Below are positions 62,305 to 64,000 of a stretch of 64,000 nucleotides of DNA, piece by piece (within the stretch, counting starts at the first letter, position 1; every line of letters begins with the position of its first letter). Position numbers and translations under genes: made by a program. The notes under the pieces are model-generated. The model searched no databases. It was given only the letters and a program-made list of their open reading frames with translations, and was not told the origin of the DNA. Source of the stretch: Dendrobates tinctorius (Eukaryota); the NCBI RefSeq assembly GCF_039654945.1, contig NW_027361794.1, positions 19,840,001-19,904,000 of the forward strand, read 5' to 3'.

Positions 62305-62402
62305 ATCTATCCAGTAAGATGACAACACCAGAGAGATGTCCCCGTCCTCTTCTTCAACAGGACTGTAAACAAGAAGATCCCAATGTTCCTCAGGATCATC
62401 AG
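62305..62402 (+). CDS. KRAB zinc-finger gene, coding exon 4 (linker)
   Basis: 98 nt, DLSSKMTTPERCPRPLLQQDCKQEDPNVPQDHQ; the frame stays open across all four exons. Confidence 0.9.
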
Positions 62403-62707
62403 GTAGATGGAGAGAAGGTGTCATGAGATCTCCCCTATGATGTGTAGACGGCTGTGAAGGTCTTGTGTTCAGTCTTGTTTTATCCCCCAGTATTATGTGT
62501 TTTAGGCCAGAAGGTCCATTTCTCACGGACGAGAATCGCACAAATGTTTCATGAACAGTGATCCGTATGTCATCCGTGTGCAATGTGAGGATGCGATTTT
62601 CTCGCATCCAAGTATCTGTGTGACATCTGTATGTCGAGATTTTCTCGCCGGCTTACAAAATGGACATATAATGGGTCCATAGCCTCAAATGTTTGTGAAA
62701 ACATATA

Positions 62708-62732
62708 TAGAGAGAGAGAGAGAGAGAGAGAG
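62708..62732. repeat. (GA)n microsatellite
   Basis: Pure AG run. Confidence 0.95.
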
Positions 62733-63832
62733 TGACCATCTACAGTGAAGACATCGGGATGTCCTTCAGACTGGAAAAGTGTGGCCGGTCGGTAATAAAG
62801 AGAGGCAAGGTAGTCAAGATCGATGGAGTGGAATTACCAGCAGGGCATACAGCAAATGTACAGACATGCTACAAGTACCTCGGCATCCCACAGGGATACG
62901 GTAACCATGATGAGGAGGAAAGGAAAGCAGCAACATTCAAATACCATCAAAGGGTAAGACAGGTCCTGAAGAGCCAGCTCAATGGGAAGAATGAAATACT
63001 TGCCATCAATACATATTCCCTGCCAGTTATCAGATACCCTGCTGGCATAGTGTGCTGGCCAAAAGAAGAGATGGAAGCTGTAGATGTGAAGACACGAAAG
63101 CACCTCACAATGCATGGAGGTCTTCACCCTAAGTCTAGCACCCAAAGATTGTATACCAACAGAAAGGAGGGTGGTCGAGGCTTGATAAGCATCCAAGCCA
63201 CCATCATGGATAAAACAAGGAATATCCAGGAATACATCAGAAGAATGGCGCCAGAAGATGAAATGCTGAGAGAAAGCCTAAGGCAGCAACAACTACAGAT
63301 CTGGAAGGAAGAACAGGAACATGAAGCGCCATGGCAAGACAAGGCGCTGCATGGGATGTACCACCGACAGATAATGGAAGTGGCTGACATGGAGAAATCC
63401 TACCAATGGTTGAAGAAAGCTGGACTCCGAGACAGCACAGAGGCACTAATCATAGCGGCACAAGAGCAAACACTAAGTTCCACATCCATAGAAGCAGGAA
63501 TCTACCACATAAGACAAAACCCAAGGTGCAGACTATGCAAAGAAACCTCAGAAACAGTCCAACACATAGTGTCAGGATGCAAAATGCAGGAACAGTGTAT
63601 ACTGAACGCCACAATCAAGTAGCGGGAAATGTATACAGGAACATCTGTGCAGCATATGGGCTAAGCCCCCCTATGTCCAGGTCTGAGACCTCAGAAAAAG
63701 TGGTGGAAAATGAAAGGGCTAAAATCCTGTGGGACTTCAAGATCCAGACAGAAAAGCAGGTGTTGGCTAACCAACCAGACATTGTCATAGTAGACAAGTA
63801 TCAGAAGACAGCAATGATAATAGATGTGGCGA
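62733..63832 (+). mobile_element. R4/Dong/Rex6-like non-LTR retrotransposon fragment (RT end, CCHC, restriction-like endonuclease)
   Basis: YKYLGI, KEGGRGL, LHGMY, CRLCKETSETVQHIVSGC, RHNQVA, ILWDF..NQPDIVIVDK..IIDV. One frameshift; both ends truncated. Confidence 0.88.
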
Positions 63833-63854
63833 GCATTTTTATTGGTATTTGGTC

Positions 63855-64000
63855 TCCGATCCTGGTATGTGCTGCACCCCTCCTATCCTGGTGTGCATGG
63901 CACCCCACATCCCTATCCTGGTATGCATGATACCCTCACCCCCCCTCCCAATCCTGATAGGCATGGCCCCTATTCCTCATCCTGGTATGCATGGTCCCCT
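63855..64000. repeat. Start of a short-unit minisatellite
   Basis: Repeats of atcctggtatgcatg(g)cccc running off the window. Confidence 0.7.

Overview
This window is eukaryotic, most likely frog (anuran) DNA. That call rests on an amphibian-type KRAB zinc-finger gene and typical anuran transposon families. Almost all of the window is nested transposable elements and minisatellites. The only host gene I can support is a spliced XlCOF/XlCGF-like KRAB zinc-finger gene: four in-frame coding exons at 55926-62402 (+), with the C2H2 exon presumably beyond the window. Its probable non-coding first exon lies about 32 kb upstream (near 23.9 kb), and an inverted paralogue of that 5' region lies at 9.3-14.9 kb. 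In the paralogue, the exon end and splice donor have been amplified into a ~4.5 kb array of 55-bp repeats. The elements found are: Tc1/mariner of three catalytic classes (DD34E, DD35E, DD37E), hAT elements, Harbinger-type MITEs, a piggyBac-type element with telomere-like repeats, and a tandem Helitron with a ~830-bp palindrome. Retroelements are a full-length Gmr1-type (SCAN-capsid, IN-before-RT) Gypsy, a second Gmr1 remnant, a chromoviral Gypsy remnant, six solo LTRs, and L2, CR1, Penelope and R4-like non-LTR fragments. All calls come from reading the sequence by eye; no database searches were run. No prokaryotic system or CRISPR array is supported.
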